A stretch of 64,000 bases of DNA from Octopus bimaculoides (taxonomy: Eukaryota). Both the position numbers and the translations under genes were made by a program. The notes under the pieces were generated by a model that made no database searches, was not told the DNA's origin, and saw nothing but the letters and a program-made list of their open reading frames with translations. Position 1 is the first letter of the stretch. Every line of letters begins with the position of its first letter. The DNA is taken from positions 7,359,879 through 7,423,878 of the forward strand of contig NC_068992.1 of the NCBI RefSeq assembly GCF_001194135.2. Reading direction: 5' to 3'. Below, one piece after another: positions 14,623 through 29,612 of this stretch.

Positions 14623-15212
14623 ATTAGCCACTGGCAAATGTTTTTTCTCCCTTCACCACATGATTATTTTTAGACAACTGTTTAATATTCTACTCATTGA
14701 ATATATTAATATTAATTTGTTAACTTAGCTATAAGAACTTTGAGATTGACAGATGAAATTACATAGGTTTATTACATGTGGAGAAATGGTGCACTATAGA
14801 TTTTTTAAACACATACAGACATATAGAAAACAAGCACTAAATTTATGAAAGTGGTGATGTCGATGATGATGATGATGACAGTGATGATGGTGATGACAAC
14901 AACAATGATAATTGTCTTTCCAAGTGCATGATATTAATTTGAAAATGAGATTAGAAAATTTGGTTTGTTCCATTGAAGTATTTATTATCTGCCCTTAAAG
15001 GAAACAACATAGTAACAATACTTCCTCCTGGGTCTGAGTTCTTTTATCACAGTTATATTTGCAATAATCTATAGACTATTTATTATATTCTTACATTTTT
15101 CTATCTTCTTTCTCATTTTTTTTTTCATTTTCTTAATTTTATTTCTCTTTTAACTAATTATATTTAATTTTTTTCATTCTTTTCTTTATTAATTTTTACT
15201 AACAGTTTTCTT

Positions 15213-15287
<75 letters not shown>

Positions 15288-15672
15288 TATATATATGTGT
15301 GTGTGTATTCATCATTTTTGTTGTAGTCCAAGACTTGCCAAACTATGGAATTATTTAAGTAATTTACAGAAAATAATGAGATCATGCAAAAGCTGACCTA
15401 CAGCAGTCAATCTTTTACCATATATATTCATAGTTGTTGAATATATTCTATTATCATCATATTTCTTTATTTCTTTTTTCTTTTTTCTTTTTTTCTTTTT
15501 TGATTTTTGTTGTTGTTTTTTTATTATCATACTGGTACAATTGCCTGAGAATAATTTGAGTTTCAAAGAAATACGTTCTTGAAATTATATTATGATTTTG
15601 TTACTTGATTTCAAAATGCCAGTTTAATTTTGAAGATTTCTTTTTTAAAACTGAAATAATATTAAAATTATT

Positions 15673-15719
<47 letters not shown>

Positions 15720-16122
15720 AATAAAATTATTCATATGGAAATTATTATAGGAAGATAATTGAATACTATAAAAATATAGCAAGTGTATATTGAAAAGATA
15801 TTGGAACCAATATAAAATATATACAAGTTATTTCAGTTTAATTTATAGTATTATTAATATTTTAACCCTAATAAATGAAGCCCATGGTTTTAATAAATAC
15901 TTAATTTTGCACTTTGAGTGGTTTCACTATTTCAGAAAATCAAATACTAGATCTCACCTAATCCTCAACCAGACCGAGACTAAAAATTGAGAGTTAAGCA
16001 ATCATGTCCTATCTTATGACCAGTGAGTTGAGAAGGGAGCCTCTATGTGGATACTTGGCCTCTTAGAAATAGCAGGCAAATTAACTTTTAAAAAACAACT
16101 TTCATCCTTTTGTTGGGATCTT

Positions 16123-16125
<3 letters not shown>

Positions 16126-16199
<74 letters not shown>

Positions 16200-16230
16200 T
16201 GTCTATCTATCTATCTATCTATCTATCTCT
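16126..16230. repeat. (CT)n followed by (TCTA)n microsatellite
   Basis: Seen directly; representative of dozens of (TA)n, (CA)n, (ATT)n and (GAT)n tracts, many of which abut N gaps. Confidence 0.95.
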
Positions 16231-17311
16231 CCCTCTCCCATTCTGAAGCAGAGGGGTGGGGCGGAAAACAAACATCTAATCTAAACCATTGGACTTTTCT
16301 TCCTCACAACACAACTTTCCATCATTTGAATTATTTGAAAGACATAACTTTCCCCTGTTTGAACTATCTGCAAATACATCAATAGTTCCCCCAGATTCTT
16401 CTGTTTTGCTATAATCAAAAGTGTTCCTAGATTTCTTCCTCTTAGATTTATCTCTCACAATCAAAAAGCTAAAGGCTGCTCCCATCAAAACATCATCATT
16501 TTAATGTCCACTTTCTATTTTTGGCATGGGTTCAATAGTTTGACAGGAGCTGGCAAGTCAGAAGATTGTGCTAAGCTCCACAGCCTGCTTGATGCCCCTG
16601 CTCGTGCCAATAACTTTACAGAGTGGACTACGTGCTTTTTTATATGACACCAGTACCAAGACACTCAAAATAAATGTTTTAATATTTGAGATGAGTTGCT
16701 ATTAATACAACGAAATATATTTTCTAATGATTAACCTTGACTTTAAAGATAACAGAAGCAGTTAATAGTCGGAAAAAAAAAATCATAATTATATAAACTC
16801 ATGGTAATAAGTTAGATTGAATTTTTAAAACTTAAATTTACTATCTACTCGTTACTGTTATTAGGTCCTGCATCAAACCTGATTGAGTGGACTTATCATC
16901 AGAGACATGTTTGTGTGTGTGTGTAACTCTACACTTGTAAAAATCAGTGGATGAATAAAAGAGTTCCTTACTTAAAGAATAAGGTTGGCAACAGGGAGTG
17001 CATTGGACCATAAAATATTGCCTCAATAAGTCTTCATCCAGCATGGAAAAACAGACAAGAAATAAATGATATCTTTAACTCGTTTCAGTTAATGGATGGC
17101 AGCTATGCTGGGGCTTTGCTTTGAAGGGACCAGCTGAATAAATCAACCCCAGTATTTATTTTAACAGTCTCTTTTGCCAAACCCCTAAGTTATGGGGAAG
17201 TGAACAAACTAACACCAGTTGTCAAGTGATGGTGGAAGCAAAAACAAAGATACACACTCATAAACATGTGTACATGTATATACATAGATATACATAGATA
17301 TCTACACACAC

Positions 17312-17540
17312 CGGCGAGCTGGCAGAGTGGTTAGCACGCTGGGCGAAATGCTTATCGGTATTTTGTCTGCCGTTATGTTCTGAGTTCAAATACCGCTGAG
17401 GTCGAATTTGCCTTTCATCCTTTTGGGGTCGATAAATTAAGTATCAGTTATGCACTGGGGTCGATGTAATCGACTTAATCCCTTTGTCTGTCCTTGTTTG
17501 TCCCCTCTATGTTTAGCCCCTTGTGGGCAATAAAGAAATA
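17312..17540 (+). mobile_element. tRNA-derived SINE with Nin/Deu-like central domain and TSD
   Basis: GGCGAGCTGGCAGAGTGGTTAG head, GAGTTCAAATACC B box, GCCTTTCATCCTTTTGGGGTCGATAAATTAAGTATCAG centre; 16-bp TSD agatatctacacacac at 17296-17311 and 17541-17556. Confidence 0.88.
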
Positions 17541-18356
17541 AGATATCTACACACACTCACATACACACATATATATATGCATATATCTATAATATATATA
17601 TGGATATATGTGTGTGTGAGTGTGCATATATATATATATATATACAAACACATACACACACAATTGGCTTCCACACAGTTCCCATCTACTAGATTCACTC
17701 ACAAGGCATTGGTCAGCCCATGGCCATAGTAGAAGATACTTGCCCAAGATGCTGAGCAGTGGTACTGGACCTAAAACCACATGGTTGCCAAACAAACTTC
17801 TTAACGACATGGCTATAGCTGTGACTGAATGAATTGTTGTTACTGTCGTTTTTCTTCCTATTTTATTGTACTCAACTACTGTCTAAAAACGTGGGAGGTT
17901 TAACAGTATTCCACTTGTGTAGTGTTTAGAAAATAATATGCCTATAAAAAGAAATACTTTTTAGCTTCTTTCTGAAGATAATGGTTATTTCACTCTGCAT
18001 TCCATATTTGGATATCATAATGTCCCAGGCAAGTCTTTTAAATGACCATCGCTCACTAACACTAAGGAAAGATGGAATCGATTTTTAAAAGTCAGGTATT
18101 GCTTTTTGAAATCCTAGACAGGTGAAAGGTAAGGCCCATACTAATGAGATTTTAAGGTCATAAAGCAGAAAGATGAAACTTAATGCTCAATGTAAGGCAT
18201 TTAGATTGGTGCTTTATTGGATCTGAAAATGTTTCTTCTCTTTCTCTCTCCCTCTCACTCTCTCCATCTATCTGGTATTCCCACTGACAAGGTATTAGCA
18301 TATAAGCATATATATATAAATTAATAAATATACATACATACATTTATGTATATGTA

Positions 18357-18423
<67 letters not shown>

Positions 18424-19276
18424 NNNNNNNNNNNNNNNNNNNNNNNNNNNNNNNNNNNNNNNNNNNNNNNNNNNNNNNNNNNNNNNNNNNNNNNNNNNNN
18501 NNNNNNNNNNNNNNNNNNNNNNNNNNNNNNNNNNNNNNNNNNNNNNNNNNNNNNNNNNNNNNNNNNNNNNNNNNNNNNNNNNNNNNNNNNNNNNNNNNNN
18601 NNNNNNNNNNNNNNNNNNNNNNNNNNNNNNNNNNNNNNNNNNNNNNNNNNNNNNNNNNNNNNNNNNNNNNNNNNNNNNNNNNNNNNNNNNNNNNNNNNNN
18701 NNNNNNNNNNNNNNNNNNNNNNNNNNNNNNNNNNNNNNNNNNNNNNNNNNNNNNNNNNNNNNNNNNNNNNNNNNNNNNNNNNNNNNNNNNNNNNNNNNNN
18801 NNNNNNNNNNNNNNNNNNNNNNNNNNNNNNNNNNNNNNNNNNNNNNNNNNNNNNNNNNNNNNNNNNNNNNNNNNNNNNNNNNNNNNNNNNNNNNNNNNNN
18901 NNNNNNNNNNNNNNNNNNNNNNNNNNNNNNNNNNNNNNNNNNNNNNNNNNNNNNNNNNNNNNNNNNNNNNNNNNNNNNNNNNNNNNNNNNNNNNNNNNNN
19001 NNNNNNNNNNNNNNNNNNNNNNNNNNNNNNNNNNNNNNNNNNNNNNNNNNNNNNNNNNNNNNNNNNNNNNNNNNNNNNNNNNNNNNNNNNNNNNNNNNNN
19101 NNNNNNNNNNNNNNNNNNNNNNNNNNNNNNNNNNNNNNNNNNNNNNNNNNNNNNNNNNNNNNNNNNNNNNNNNNNNNNNNNNNNNNNNNNNNNNNNNNNN
19201 NNNNNNNNNNNNNNNNNNNNNNNNNNNNNNNNNNNNNNNNNNNNNNNNNNNNNNNNNNNNNNNNNNNNNNNNNNNN

Positions 19277-19317
<41 letters not shown>

Positions 19318-20571
19318 ACATGTGTGTGTGGATATTTGTGTATGTATGAGTATGTACATGCATATATATGTTTGTGTGTGTATGTGCATGTACATATACG
19401 TTTGTGTGAGCGTGTGTAGACGTTATGAACGCACAAGGTTTTATGTCTATGTATTGTGACAATATGGTTGCGTGTGTTTTTATCTTTTTTCTTTTTTTTT
19501 CTACTTATTAGAGTAACTTCCCTTTTATTCAACGGTTTTTCCATACTGTCTCTTGCCATTAATAGCTGACGAGAATGCATCGTAACTCTTCGCTCCAACA
19601 TTTGAAACTCCGAGTACTATAATGTCAATTTACTGTTTGTCCTAAATTATACATATATATATTTTCATACATGCATATATATGCATACATACATATATAT
19701 TTATATAGTCACATACACACACAAAAATACATACATAAACACACTTCTTGACATTTTAAATGCAAAAATATTCACATGGATATAAAATTTAATGTTATTT
19801 TCTTTTTTTTTTTTTTTTTGAAATATTTTAATAAGACTGTATCTTAATTTATTGACATTTCAATATAAAATATACTGAAAATAAAAGTAAACAATTTTAT
19901 TACCTCCCTTCTTACCTCTCCTCTAACAACGACTCCTCCTACCCCTCCCACTGCCAGATATTCATGAGAAAATATTCGAACTTATGAATATTTGCTCTCT
20001 GAAATACGAAGGAGATTTATTTACATTAATTCCTCCTTCTTTATCGTCTTTTTCTTCTTGTAAATTCCTTTACTGCAGTTAGTCCAGTAAATTGATTTGG
20101 TGAGTAACAAAAACAAACTCATAAACAAACAAAAGCAGCAACTAANNNNNNNNNNNNNNNNNNNNNNNNNNNNNNNNNNNNNNNNNNNNNNNNNNNNNNN
20201 NNNNNNNNNNNNNNNNNNNNNNNNNNNNNNNNNNNNNNNNNNNNNNNNNNNNNNNNNNNNNNNNNNNNNNNNNNNNNNNNNNNNNNNNNNNNNNNNNNNN
20301 NNNNNNNNNNNNNNNNNNNNNNNNNNNNNNNNNNNNNNNNNNNNNNNNNNNNNNNNNNNNNNNNNNNNNNNNNNNNNNNNNNNNNNNNNNNNNNNNNNNN
20401 NNNNNNNNNNNNNNNNNNNNNNNNNNNNNNNNNNNNNNNNNNNNNNNNNNNNNNNNNNNNNNNNNNNNNNNNNNNNNNNNNNNNNNNNNNNNNNNNNNNN
20501 NNNNNNNNNNNNNNNNNNNNNNNNNNNNNNNNNNNNNNNNNNNNNNGTATATGCGCATATACATATATATA

Positions 20572-20730
20572 GGCACAGGAGTGACTATTTGGAGAAAAGC
20601 TTGCTGCCCAACTACATGCTTCCAGGTTCAGTCCCACTGCATGGCACCTTGGGCAAGTGTCTTCTACTATAGCCTCAGGATAACCAAAGCCTTGTGAGTG
20701 AATTTGGTAGACAGAAACTGAAAGAAGCCC
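20572..20730 (+). mobile_element. CORE-like SINE
   Basis: GGTTCAGTCCCACTGCATGGCACCTTGGGCAAGTGTCTTCTACTATAGCC...GAAACTGAAAGAAGCCC. Confidence 0.85.
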
Positions 20731-21621
20731 AGTGTGTATATATCATCATCATCATCATCATTTAATGTCCGCTTTCCATGCTAGCATGGGTTGGATGATT
20801 TGACTGAGGACTGCTTCGTTACTGATGAAGATATATCTTGGAATGCATTTTCTGATAATAATCATACAGCTTCCAAATTACAGAGACTTCTGGGACACAA
20901 ATTCATCTGTCTGAGGCAGGAAATTGATAGCAGAAATTAAATCAATTTACCAGTATTCAACCTACCTGAGCAGGTGACAGTGATATGACAACAGGTAAAC
21001 ATAAACAGCAAGAAGTAAAAACCCTTACATTCACAATGTACACTAACAACCATTACAACCTATCACCAAGTTTCATCCAAATTCATGCAACAGTTATATC
21101 ATGATTTTTATATTAGAATAGTTGCATTTCATTAAAAGCTCTAGTTTCGAACAGAATCGGGAGATTTATAGAGAGAAAGCCCTTCAGGAATTTAATGGTT
21201 TAATTCCACAGACCAAACTTTGCCCTGACATTACCAATTTATTTTCATTTTAACACTCTCAAGTAGATGGCATTAGGAAGGGCATCCAACTGTAGAAACC
21301 ATGCTAGTGCAGTCCTCTGGATCATCAGTTCATGTAGAACCATGCCAACATGATAAAGAGATGTTAAATGATGTTTCTGTTGTACCTGTATTCCAAAGGG
21401 CCAGCCTTGTCACACTGTGTCATGCTGAATCTCCCCAAGAATTNNNNNNNNNNCAGCCTTGTCACACTGTGTCATGCTGAATCTCCCCAAGAATTATGTT
21501 AAGGGTACACATGTCTGTGGAGTGCTCAGCCACTTGCACGTTAATTTCACGAGCAGGCTCTTCCATTGATTGGATCAACTGGGATCCTTGTCATCACAAC
21601 TGACAGAGTGCCACATCATAA

Positions 21622-21688
<67 letters not shown>

Positions 21689-23091
21689 CATACATACTTT
21701 AATTATCACAGTACAGCCATTTTAACCAAAGGACTTGTTAAGTGGGACATCTCTATTTTCTTAGTGTTATTTACAGATCAGGAGTGCATGTCTCAATAAA
21801 GTCAAACCAGCATGCAGTAATGAAAGCCACCAAAAACAGAGAAATTGCACAGAATTTTGGGATACATTAATACTAATATATATATTATGAAAATCAAAAC
21901 AAATGAGAAATTATATTCCAATTGCTTAACAGTGAATAACTGATACAGGGAAAGTAACTTCTCTCTCGTATTGTCAGAATGTTGTATAGCAACCAAGATG
22001 GTCCAGAAAGATTGATCCAAATTAAATATGAAAATAATGACTATTATATTATTGGAGTTACCAAAAAATGATGATATATTGCAACAATAAGGCTGGTGAA
22101 TAGTGATACTTAGATGGTAAAATGCATTCCAATCTCACAATATTCCAATATTGGATAGAAATAATTTAACCTGATTATCTACATTAAAATATGGGAATAA
22201 GAATTAATATCTGATTCAATGCTAATATATTATATTTGATACCATATATTATATGTAATTCAAAATCATTTATGATTGAGAGGTAGTCAGTACAATGTTG
22301 ACTGTTAAAATAAATTAGATCCAAGAGAAAACTATGGTGTCGTCCATAATATGGTTGTCCATAATATGCTGTCCATAATATGGTATTGTTAATAATATAT
22401 TTCTTATCAATATTTGGCAGGAGTAACAGTGTGACTCATGGACCAAGAGTTTCATTCATTATCACATATCACACTTTGATAATTGCTAACACACAAAACT
22501 CTTGTCCCTTAAGTCACTCTACTACTTCTGCCCCAAAATTAATAAAATATATATGTATATTCATGTTTTGAGTCATATTTTTCCAGTTTGCCTCTCCAAA
22601 CCATTGGATGACTGAAACAAAACAAAAAAAGAATAAAAGAATAGAAATTATGCAACACAGCAGTGAAAAATGAGAAATCCACAAAATAACATAAAATTAT
22701 AATAATTCAACAGAAGTTTGAAATGGGGTTACAATGTAAATAATATAAAAATATGAGGTAATGATAACTCTCTAAACAAGATGATAATATAAGTTTGAAA
22801 TGAGATTATATTGCGAATGAGAGATTGAAATATTAATATAGTGTTAACTGGTAAGACAGTGTGAAATGATAAGAGAGTGTGAAATAGTAAGATAGTGTGA
22901 AATGATACTGTTAATAGTAGTGTTAAATGCTAAAATAAAAGAGCATGATAATATGGTGATATACAATGTAAAAGATACATAGATTAAGGGATAGGCGGCA
23001 AGAACTATAAAAGTTAAGAAAATTCACGATGGAATTGTGTCCAATTGAAAGTCAGAAACTAGTATATATTGGTTCTGTCATTTCTTGAGTT

Positions 23092-23093
23092 GT

Positions 23094-23124
<31 letters not shown>

Positions 23125-23250
23125 AGTGAGTGAATGAGTGTGTGAGTGTGTGTGTGAGTGAGTGAATGAGTGTGTGTGTGTGTGAGTGAGTGAGTGAGTG
23201 TGAGTGAGTGGGGGGGTAAGTGAGTGAGTGTGTGTGTGTGGTGTGTGTGT
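23092..23250. repeat. Compound (GT)n/(GAGT)n microsatellite
   Basis: Seen directly. Confidence 0.9.
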
Positions 23251-23374
23251 AAATGAATCGGACACTTGAGCAAGATGCAGTCCTTGAACCTGTCAAATCA
23301 TTCAAGCCATGCCAGCTTGGAAAATGAACACTAAAAAGACAATGATATCAATACACATATATACATATACAGTG

Positions 23375-23665
23375 AAGGCGTGTGGTTTAATGGTCAGCTC
23401 ACGATTGTAAGGTCATGAGTTCCATTCCCAGCAACGTGTTGTGTCCTTGAGCAAGACACTTTTGTTTCACGTTGCTCCAGTCCACTCAGCTGCCAAAAAT
23501 GAGTAGTACCTGTGTCATNNNNNNNNNNCTGAATCTCCCCAAGAACTACATTAAGGATACACATATCTGTGGAGTGCTCAGCCACTTGCACGTTAATTTC
23601 ACAAGCAGGCTCTTCCATTGACTGGATCAACTGGAACCCTTGTCGTTGGAACCGATGGAGTGCCA
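23375..23665 (+). mobile_element. tRNA-derived SINE with the same head and centre as 4556 but a different 3' tail
   Basis: GTGTCCTTGAGCAAGACAC...GCTCCAGTCCACTCAGCTG. The tail GGAGTGCTCAGCCACTTGCACGTTAATTTCAC is also present alone at about 21375-21612. Confidence 0.75.
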
Positions 23666-24789
23666 TACTATACATATACAAAGAGAGAGAGAGAAAGAGA
23701 CATACATATTGCTCTGTGGTGAAGAAGTTCACTTCCCAACAGCATGATTCAAGGTTCAGTCCCACTGTCTGACACCTTGATCAAGTGCCTCCTACTATAG
23801 AACTGATTTGACCAAAACCTTGTAAGTGAATCTGATCGAGAGAAACTGAAAAAAGCTGATTGTATATTAATGCATGTGGGGGGGGGGCTTCTTGTCTTGA
23901 CAGTATATGGTAGTTGTAAAAGAGAATGACTGTCATACAAGCGGTGTCTTTTATTTCCAATTTTTCATGGAAACATGTTCAGCCATAGGGAAAGTAACAC
24001 CTTTTTTGGAAAAAGGTGAACGTTGGTGACAAGAAGGACATCCAGCTGTAAAAAATCCACACCAACAAATTCCATCTAACCTATGCAAGCATGGAAAAGT
24101 GGTCATTAAAGCAATGCTGGTAAAGTACATAAATATATTGATATATATATTAGTGTTGTCTTTTTTGTGTGGTGGAGGAGAAACAACAAATATCATTTGC
24201 TTGTTACTCTATCTACTACCACCATCACCCAAATACATCCAACACCTGTTAACTCCTACATCATTATAATTTCAAATAAAATCACCAATATTACTAAATG
24301 ATTAGTGAAGTGGAAATTGACAAGCTAGACTATAAAGCTAAGTAGTAAATTCATGTGTGTGTGTGCATGGGTATATACATTTATAAATATGTATACATGT
24401 ATGTGTGTGTATATATATATATATATACACACATACAAACGTGCACATTATACATATGTGTAAGTTTATATATATACATACACTCACATATGTGCATACA
24501 TGTATGTATGTGTGTGTGTGAGTATTTTCAGAAGATTTTGTGAAGATTCATCTCCATTATTATTTCTACTACTACTGCTACTTCTTTACTACTGTCTCCT
24601 CTTACTTCTTCCCCACCTCCTACTTCACATCTGCCTTCTTTATGAACATGTGTGTGTGTGAGAGAGAGACTATTGGTGAAATATTTTTAAAATTTCAAAA
24701 TTCTGTATATCTAAAAATCAATGAGATATAGGTAATTAAAAGCAACTGAATAGTAAATTTCGTAGAATTTATTTTCAAGAGATCAAGCT

Positions 24790-25300
24790 TCCAACAGATT
24801 CTCTCAAGCATCTTGCCCAAATGGCATTATTTCTTCATAAGTTCTCTGAAGTCTGAAAAACCATTAAAACTGCAAAGATGGAAAAGCTACAAAACTGAAT
24901 GATATACTAAGAAAAGCATTAAAAGCAGACTTTAATGTATCAATGAGGATTCATTACCACTATCTCTTTGAAAAGCTGTGACACAAGAAGACAACGAAAC
25001 AACAGAATAGAAATGAGGTTATCAGGTCAGGGTTTTTATGCAAAGAAATTTTTATAACTCTATAGACGACAAGAGAAACTACCCTGTTTTCAATGCCTAG
25101 AAAACTATCATTCTAAACATCGAAGATAAAACTGAACTGCACATAAGAGAGCCACAAGAAAGCTTTCTGCAAATCTGGTCATTTTAACATTTTGCATCAG
25201 AACAGAGAAATTTCTAGAATAAAACTTGCTCAACTATACCAACTTTATTGATTTAGAAAACGTTTTTCACTGTAAAGAAAGTAACATTGGATATCAGGTA
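24790..25300 (+). mobile_element. Very old LINE RT remnant (RTE/BovB-like)
   Basis: NFIDLENVFH at about 25240-25270 resembles the FIDLEKAFDS motif; upstream similarity is only patchy. Confidence 0.4.
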
Positions 25301-25927
25301 TGTCTTCCTTATAACCAGTTCTTGGTTCAGGAAATATTTACTGAGTTGGCAAAACTTTCATTATAATTTGGCCTAAATCTCCATAACAGCTAAAAGAACC
25401 ATTACAAGCATTTCTAAAGGATCCAGCCATATTATATGATTTTCCAATTCATGAAGATTTCAAAACATTTAAGTAGTCTTTATTTGTACTTCTTTCTCAA
25501 TATGCTTATTTTTGTAGTTCTTGTGTTTTAGTCTTTTTGTTGTTGTATTTCTTTTTTTTTTTTTGCATAAAGATTAATCATATACATTCCTCAATCTGTC
25601 AGTCATTCTTTATCCATTTTACACAAATGTTTAAAACTGTTTAAATAAATTATCTTATTCTGTAAACTTTCCGAACATAAAATAGATATTCCATAAAGAA
25701 CTAAAAAAAAAGGTGGGGTGCAAATGCTGCACCTAACTGTTGCATGGATTGATCTTGTATTTCTTCTACTTTCAACCTTAAAGAAATAAAAATATCCTGT
25801 ATGTGTTACTGTTGATGAAGAAGTTGTTGCTGCTGTTGTTTTTGTTGTTGTATAGCCCTGAGGTGTCAGCTTTGACCAAGTANNNNNNNNNNNNNNNNNN
25901 NNNNNNNNNNNNNNNNNNNNNNNNNNN

Positions 25928-26154
25928 CTCTTTTACTCTTTTACTTGTTTCGGTCATTTGACTGTGGCCATGCTGGAGCACCACCTTTAATCGAGCAAAT
26001 CAACCCCGGGACTTATTCTTTATAAGCCTAGTACTTATTCTATCGGTCTCTTTTTGCCGAACCTCTAAGTGACGGGTGCATAAACACACCAGCATCGGTT
26101 GTCAAGCAATGCTAGGGGGACAAACACAGACACACAAACATACACACACACATC

Positions 26155-26191
<37 letters not shown>

Positions 26192-26355
26192 TATATACGA
26201 CGGACTTCTTTCAGTTTTCGTCTACCAAATCCACTCACAAGACTTTGGTCGGCTCGAGGCTATAAGAGAAGACACTTGCCCAAGGTGCCACGCAGTGGGA
26301 CTGAACCTGGAACCATGTGGTTGGTAAGCAAGCTACTTACCACACAGCCACTCCT
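25928..26355 (-). mobile_element. Full-length composite CORE-like SINE (head, microsatellite linker, 3' module)
   Basis: Colinear with 36087-36434 and 32234-32530; minus strand ends ...GACCGAAACAAGTAAAAGAGTAAAAGAG. Confidence 0.88.
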
Positions 26356-29300
26356 CACTTTGAAGATTTGTCATTGCATCATGGACATGGCATTGGTAGA
26401 GGAAATGATTTTGTTGTCAAGACTTAGATCAGTTCTCATTAAGAAACCATATTCTCAAATTTATTCTAGCCATACCACTCATTTTGTTCTTCAGACATAA
26501 TGTGTTCTGGGTTACTATATTCAATGTATTTTTTATTTTTTATTTTTTAATATCGTAGGATGTAAATATTAAGGGAGATTTGATTGCTATTTCTAGCAGA
26601 TCAGACCTCAATATTAAGGGTCACTTATTGGTACATTGACAAAAAAGTTGCTAATGATAGCAAATATTTTCTATGCTTAAACTTTGGTTGCTTTTCCTAA
26701 TATTAGGAGCAACCATTTCCTATTGGCTTTCCATGACCCTTCATTGAGTTTCTGGCTACTGGTTGTCATAAATTATCTTCACTAATTTTGTTTGCCGTTT
26801 AATGCCATGTCAGCTCTGATTAAGCTCACCAATGATTAAGAGTGTTCCAACCGTAATTATCTTGCTTTTTTTGTATATCTAAGACTACACTGTCCCTTCT
26901 GTGCCCTTCTGTCTTTACAACAATAAGATCATAAAAACTTGAAGGAGATTCAGCTGCTATTTCTGGTCGGTCAAGTAACTGAGATTCTGGTTAGTTTTTT
27001 CATGCTGGCGTTTATTAATCCACATTGCATGCGATATCTCTTTTTTATATAAGCATTTCTCTAACACTTGCCTCCTTATATTTCTATTATCACTGACATG
27101 TCATTACATCTCTTAGAATAAAGCATATTGCTTTACTGGTGTTTCCTGTTCATGACAATAACTGCTGTTAATTCTCTTTCAGCCTGTTAGCTTGAAAAAA
27201 GATTTTTTTTTAATTCCAAAATATAATGAAAGCATTGATTGTGTTAGCCAATGCCTCCCCACTTATGATGATAAGTCAATGAGAGAGTTTGTATGTAGAA
27301 GCACCACTAACTAGAAATACTAGCCAAATTGTCCTCCAATAACACCCCACCATCAAAAAGAGAGAATGCATAACTGTTTGGTCTTGAGAAGTGGTTCAAA
27401 AACTAATTTTATCATCTTTTATAATTTTCCAAATATTGCTAACCCCTCACAACTATATTTCACACTCAATCTTTACCATCTTATTTTTAATAAGAAATTA
27501 AATAAAACAAAAATTGCTTTAGAAAGAGAATTTATTCATATACAAAAAGAAAACATGTTTTGAAAATGATAAATAGCACTTTCCTATAAAAAAAAAACAT
27601 TTTAAAATTTCAATTTAAAGATACCACTTTTTATAGAACCCAAGAATTTTTTCACAGGGGTTCTTGGAATCCACTATGGGAAACACTTCTAGAGGAACAG
27701 GTTGTACTCCTGTGCTTCATAGGCCTTAAACTCAAGAGATGGACTCAATGTCATCAGTGAATAATGAATCTCTTGCAAAAACGATGGAATACCTTAGATT
27801 ATAAGTTTGCTTTTGATCAGAGCTGACCTGAGGCTAAAAACAACAACTTACACACATAAAGTTTGCAAATGCCATCATGTGAAGTTCATTCTAATATTTT
27901 GAGCAAGAACTCTTTCTCTAATGAAGTACCCTGATTGAAGCATTAGAATTCACAACTAGAATTGTCAATACAGACAGTTGTTGCCTAGGATTCTAGTTCA
28001 TTTTTCTTTCTTTTTCCTTTTTTTTTTTCTTTTTACTTCTGATTCTCCATTCTGGGTTTTCCATCAATAACTTTATTTTTCACTTTCCCTCTTCACTCCT
28101 TCCTATTTCTCCCTTTTCTTTCACTCTCTCTCTATCTCTTTCTCTCTGGTGCTGTCATCATTAAGAATTAATGTTTCTATCTGTATATCTCTCTATCTAT
28201 CTGTATACCTACCTATTTGTCTGTCTGTCTATCTATTTTTATATATCTCTATATGTATATCTATCAATCTACTTATTTATCTGTCTGTCTGTATATCTAG
28301 TTATCATATAGATAGACACACATGAGCCTAGGCAGTACAATTTCAGTTCATCAAAGATAAATAGTTAATCCCTGAGAATGCACAAACTCAACATACACTA
28401 TGACTTCATATCTATCAGAATTAAACAGGAAGTTTGAACCTCAGGAAAATATGGAATAATCAACACAAGTTACCCCACACCTGTATAAGCTCAGTCTAAT
28501 TTAACTAACATTTACTACATGAATCTCTCCAAATTATTGATTTCTCTCATCTTTGTATCGATTTCTCACATAAATATTATCTGAACTATTGTTTGTGAAA
28601 CAAGATCAGTTTAGATATTTAAACCATGGTGACCATGTTAAATATAAAAATTGAATTAGTAATGTGTCTGTCGTTTCTAAAATTAAATTTGAAACACTGT
28701 CTAATTTTCTTTACTTTTTTTTTTTTTTTTTTTTTNNNNNNNNNNNNNNNNNNNNNNNNNNNNNNNNNNNNNNNNNNNNNNNNNNNNNNNNNNNNNNNNN
28801 NNNNNNNNNNNNNNNNNNNNNNNNNNNNNNNNNNNNNNNNNNNNNNNNNNNNNNNNNNNNNNNNNNNNNNNNNNNNNNNNNNNNNNNNNNNNNNNNNNNN
28901 NNNNNNNNNNNNNNNNNNNNNNNNNNNNNNNNNNNNNNNNNNNNNNNNNNNNNNNNNNNNNNNNNNNNNNNNNNNNNNNNNNNNNNNNNNNNNNNNNNNN
29001 NNNNNNNNNNNNNNNNNNNNNNNNNNNNNNNNNNNNNNNNNNNNNNNNNNNNNNNNNNNNNNNNNNNNNNNNNNNNNNNNNNNNNNNNNNNNNNNNNNNN
29101 NNNNNNNNNNNNNNNNNNNNNNNNNNNNNNNNNNNNNNNNNNNNNNNNNNNNNNNNNNNNNNNNNNNNNNNNNNNNNNNNNNNNNNNNNNNNNNNNNNNN
29201 NNNNNNNNNNNNNNNNNNNNNNNNNNNNNNNNNNNNNNNNNNNNNNNNNNNNNNNNNNNNNNNNNNNNNNNNNNNNNNNNNNNNNNNNNNNNNNNNNNNN

Positions 29301-29576
29301 NNNNNNNNNNNNNNNNNNNNNNNNNNNNNNNNNNNNNNNNNNNNNNNNNNNNNNNNNNNNNNNNNNNNNNNNNNNNNNNNNNNNNNNNNNNNNNNNNNNN
29401 NNNNNNNNNNNNNNNNNNNNNNNNNNNNNNNNNNNNNNNNNNNNNNNNNNNNNNNNNNNNNNNNNNNNNNNNNNNNNNNNNNNNNNNNNNNNNNNNNNNN
29501 NNNNNNNNNNNNNNNNNNNNNNNNNNNNNNNNNNNNNNNNNNNNNNNNNNNNNNNNNNNNNNNNNNNNNNNNNNNN

Positions 29577-29612
<36 letters not shown>

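Noticed and set aside
18295-19601. Long ORFs here and at the other N gaps (6.9, 9.9, 20.1, 28.7, 32, 39.5, 45.1 and 50 kb)
   Set aside because: They consist of X from assembly gaps plus YI/TH/CV microsatellite translations.
20822-20845. CTGATGA followed by the AGATATATCT palindrome
   Set aside because: No GAAA or helix III follows, so it is not a hammerhead.
21394-21500. Direct repeat of about 50 bp on both sides of a 10-N gap
   Set aside because: Typical unmerged contig overlap, so an assembly artefact.
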